Origin: Octopus vulgaris
Taxonomy: Eukaryota
Direction: 5' to 3'
DNA length: 64,000 bases
NCBI GenBank assembly: GCA_951406725.2
Contig: OX597814.1
Location: forward strand, 174,716,001 to 174,780,000
Shown: piece after piece, positions 62,278 through 64,000 of the stretch
Position numbering within the stretch: the stretch's first letter is position 1
How the letters are laid out: the number at the start of each line of letters is the position of its first letter
Notes under the pieces: generated by a model
Told to the model about the DNA's origin: nothing
Databases searched by the model: none
The model's input: only the letters and a program-made list of their open reading frames with translations
Position numbers and translations under genes: made by a program

Positions 62278-64000
62278 TCTCTCTCTCTCTCCCTCTCTCT
62301 CTCAATTAGCTGTAGATGACAAGATAGTGTCATGTAAAAATAATAACCAAAGGAAGGCAGCAGGAAACCTTTATATTCTCGTGTGAAAATTCCATGACAT
62401 ACACTGTGTATTTGCCAAAGAAGTCAACAGGGGCCGGTCATTAATTTAATGGCACAAGGAAGGAAAGTAGTGGAGTGACTAAAATAGTATAAGCCTTGAA
62501 CTAAATCCACTGCAGCACTTCATTATTTTAAAACATGATTTAAGTAAGTACCACAAAGCATTTTGTACAGAGCTCTTGAACTGATACTGCTTTGCAGCCC
62601 TTTACATTCTGAGTTCAAACCCTGCTAAATGAATTTTACCTTACATCCTTTGTACCAATCACACTCTAGGTTTGATATAATGAGCTATGCCTTCTCAAAT
62701 TTCTGTCCTTGCACCTATTTAAGTTGTTGTGGATGGCAGAATTGGAAGAGAACTGGGCAAAATAATTGTTGTATTTAATTTTTTTCATTTGATGTTCTTA
62801 GTTCAAATCTTTCTAGAGTTGATAAAATAAACATCAGTCAACTTATTATTATTATTATTATCATCATCATCTTCAATATGGTTGTAGAATGGCAGAAATG
62901 ATAATGTGCTGGAATAAACGCTTAGTAGTATTTATTTACATTCTTCCATATGCTGAGCTCAGTCCTACTGAAGTCATCTTTGTCTTTCATTATTCATAAA
63001 TTAAACACCAGTAAAGTACTTGGATCAAATCAATTTAACTTCTTCCCTAAAGTTAGAAATAATTTATTATTATAAATAATAATAATAATCCTTTCTACTA
63101 TAGACACAAAGCCTGAAATTTCAGGGGAGGGGTAAGTCAATTACATCAGCCCCAGTTTTCAACTGGTACTTATTTTATGAACCTCTAAAGAATGAAAGGC
63201 AAAGTTGACCTCAGCAGAATTTGAACTCAGAATGTAAAGATGTAAAATGACATTAAATAATAATGCTTAGCAGCACTTTCTCTGGCATACTAATGATTCC
63301 AGCAGCTTGCCATCTTATCATAATAATAATAATAATAATAACAACAATCCTTTCTACTATAGGCACAAGGCCTGGATTTTTGTGGGGAGGGGGACAGGTG
63401 ATTACATCGACCCCAGTACTTGACTGGTACTTAATTTATCAACCCCAGAAGGATGAAAGGCAAATTTGACCTCAGTGGAATTTGAACTCAGAATGTAGTG
63501 ACAGATGGAATACCCTAAGCATTTTGCACAGCATGCTAACAATTCCACCAGCTTACCACCTTTCTATTATAGGCACAGGGCTTGAGATTTTGTGGAAGAG
63601 GACTAGTCAGTGGCATTAACCTCAATACTTGTCAGGTATGTATTTTATCAACCCTGAAATGATGAAGGACTAAGTCACCCTCAGTGTAATTTGAGTTTAG
63701 AACGGTTTCAAATTTTGGTACAGGGACAACAGTACTTATTTGATCAATCCTGGAAGGATGAAAAGCAAAGTTGACCGCAGCAGAATTTGAACTTGGGACA
63801 TAAAGAGTCAGAAGAAATGCCATGAAGAATTATGTCCGAAAGTCTAATGGTTCTGCCAGTTCGCCACCTTAATAATAATATCTAACTTAGACATAAAGAC
63901 CATACTATGAGGAGGAGGAGAAGAATATGCTAATTTAATTCATCCCAGTTCTTGAATAGTACTTATTTTATTGACCCTGGAAGAATGAAGGGCAAAATCC
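62076..64000. mobile_element. Cluster of about nine family B-related SINEs
   Basis: Decayed + copies at ~62076, ~62560, ~62730, ~62885, then minus copies at ~63085-63315, ~63345-63560, ~63560-63700, ~63730-63870 and ~63880-64000, separated by (AAT)n tracts. Confidence 0.78.

Noticed and set aside
4685-63823. Most 60-140 aa ORFs in the supplied track (e.g. 11525-11917, 29046-29462, 39853-40347, 52989-53408)
   Set aside because: They run through SINEs, RTE UTRs or dinucleotide tracts (YIYI, HTHT, CVCV, ERER peptides), recur wherever the repeat recurs, and lack splice or domain support.

Overview
AT-rich, repeat-saturated eukaryotic DNA; not prokaryotic, and no CRISPR array, rRNA or intact tRNA gene was seen. 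The SINE/LINE repertoire points to an octopod cephalopod (Octopus sp.); this is recognition, not a database result. Nearly all of the window looks intronic. Only two host exons are supportable (+ strand, 38439-38558 and 41287-41375); spliced, they encode the start of a CUE/UBA-like domain. The rest is nested mobile DNA: several tRNA-derived SINE families, RTE, CR1 and I/Jockey-group LINE remnants, a deleted mariner, two deleted piggyBacs plus two piggyBac MITE families, a non-autonomous Helitron, a Penelope-like (PLE) GIY-YIG remnant, and a local duplication. Most notable are: (1) at least seven unrelated fold-back (palindromic) insertions, mostly beside microsatellites, several with hammerhead-ribozyme relics, pointing to a PLE-driven hairpin-generating process; (2) a tRNA-headed SINE carrying a minimal hammerhead ribozyme; (3) a ~240-nt hairpin whose arm differences are almost all G-U wobbles on the + strand. 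Nearly all short ORFs in the supplied track are spurious frames through repeats. Boundaries of decayed repeats are approximate, and all counts were made by hand.
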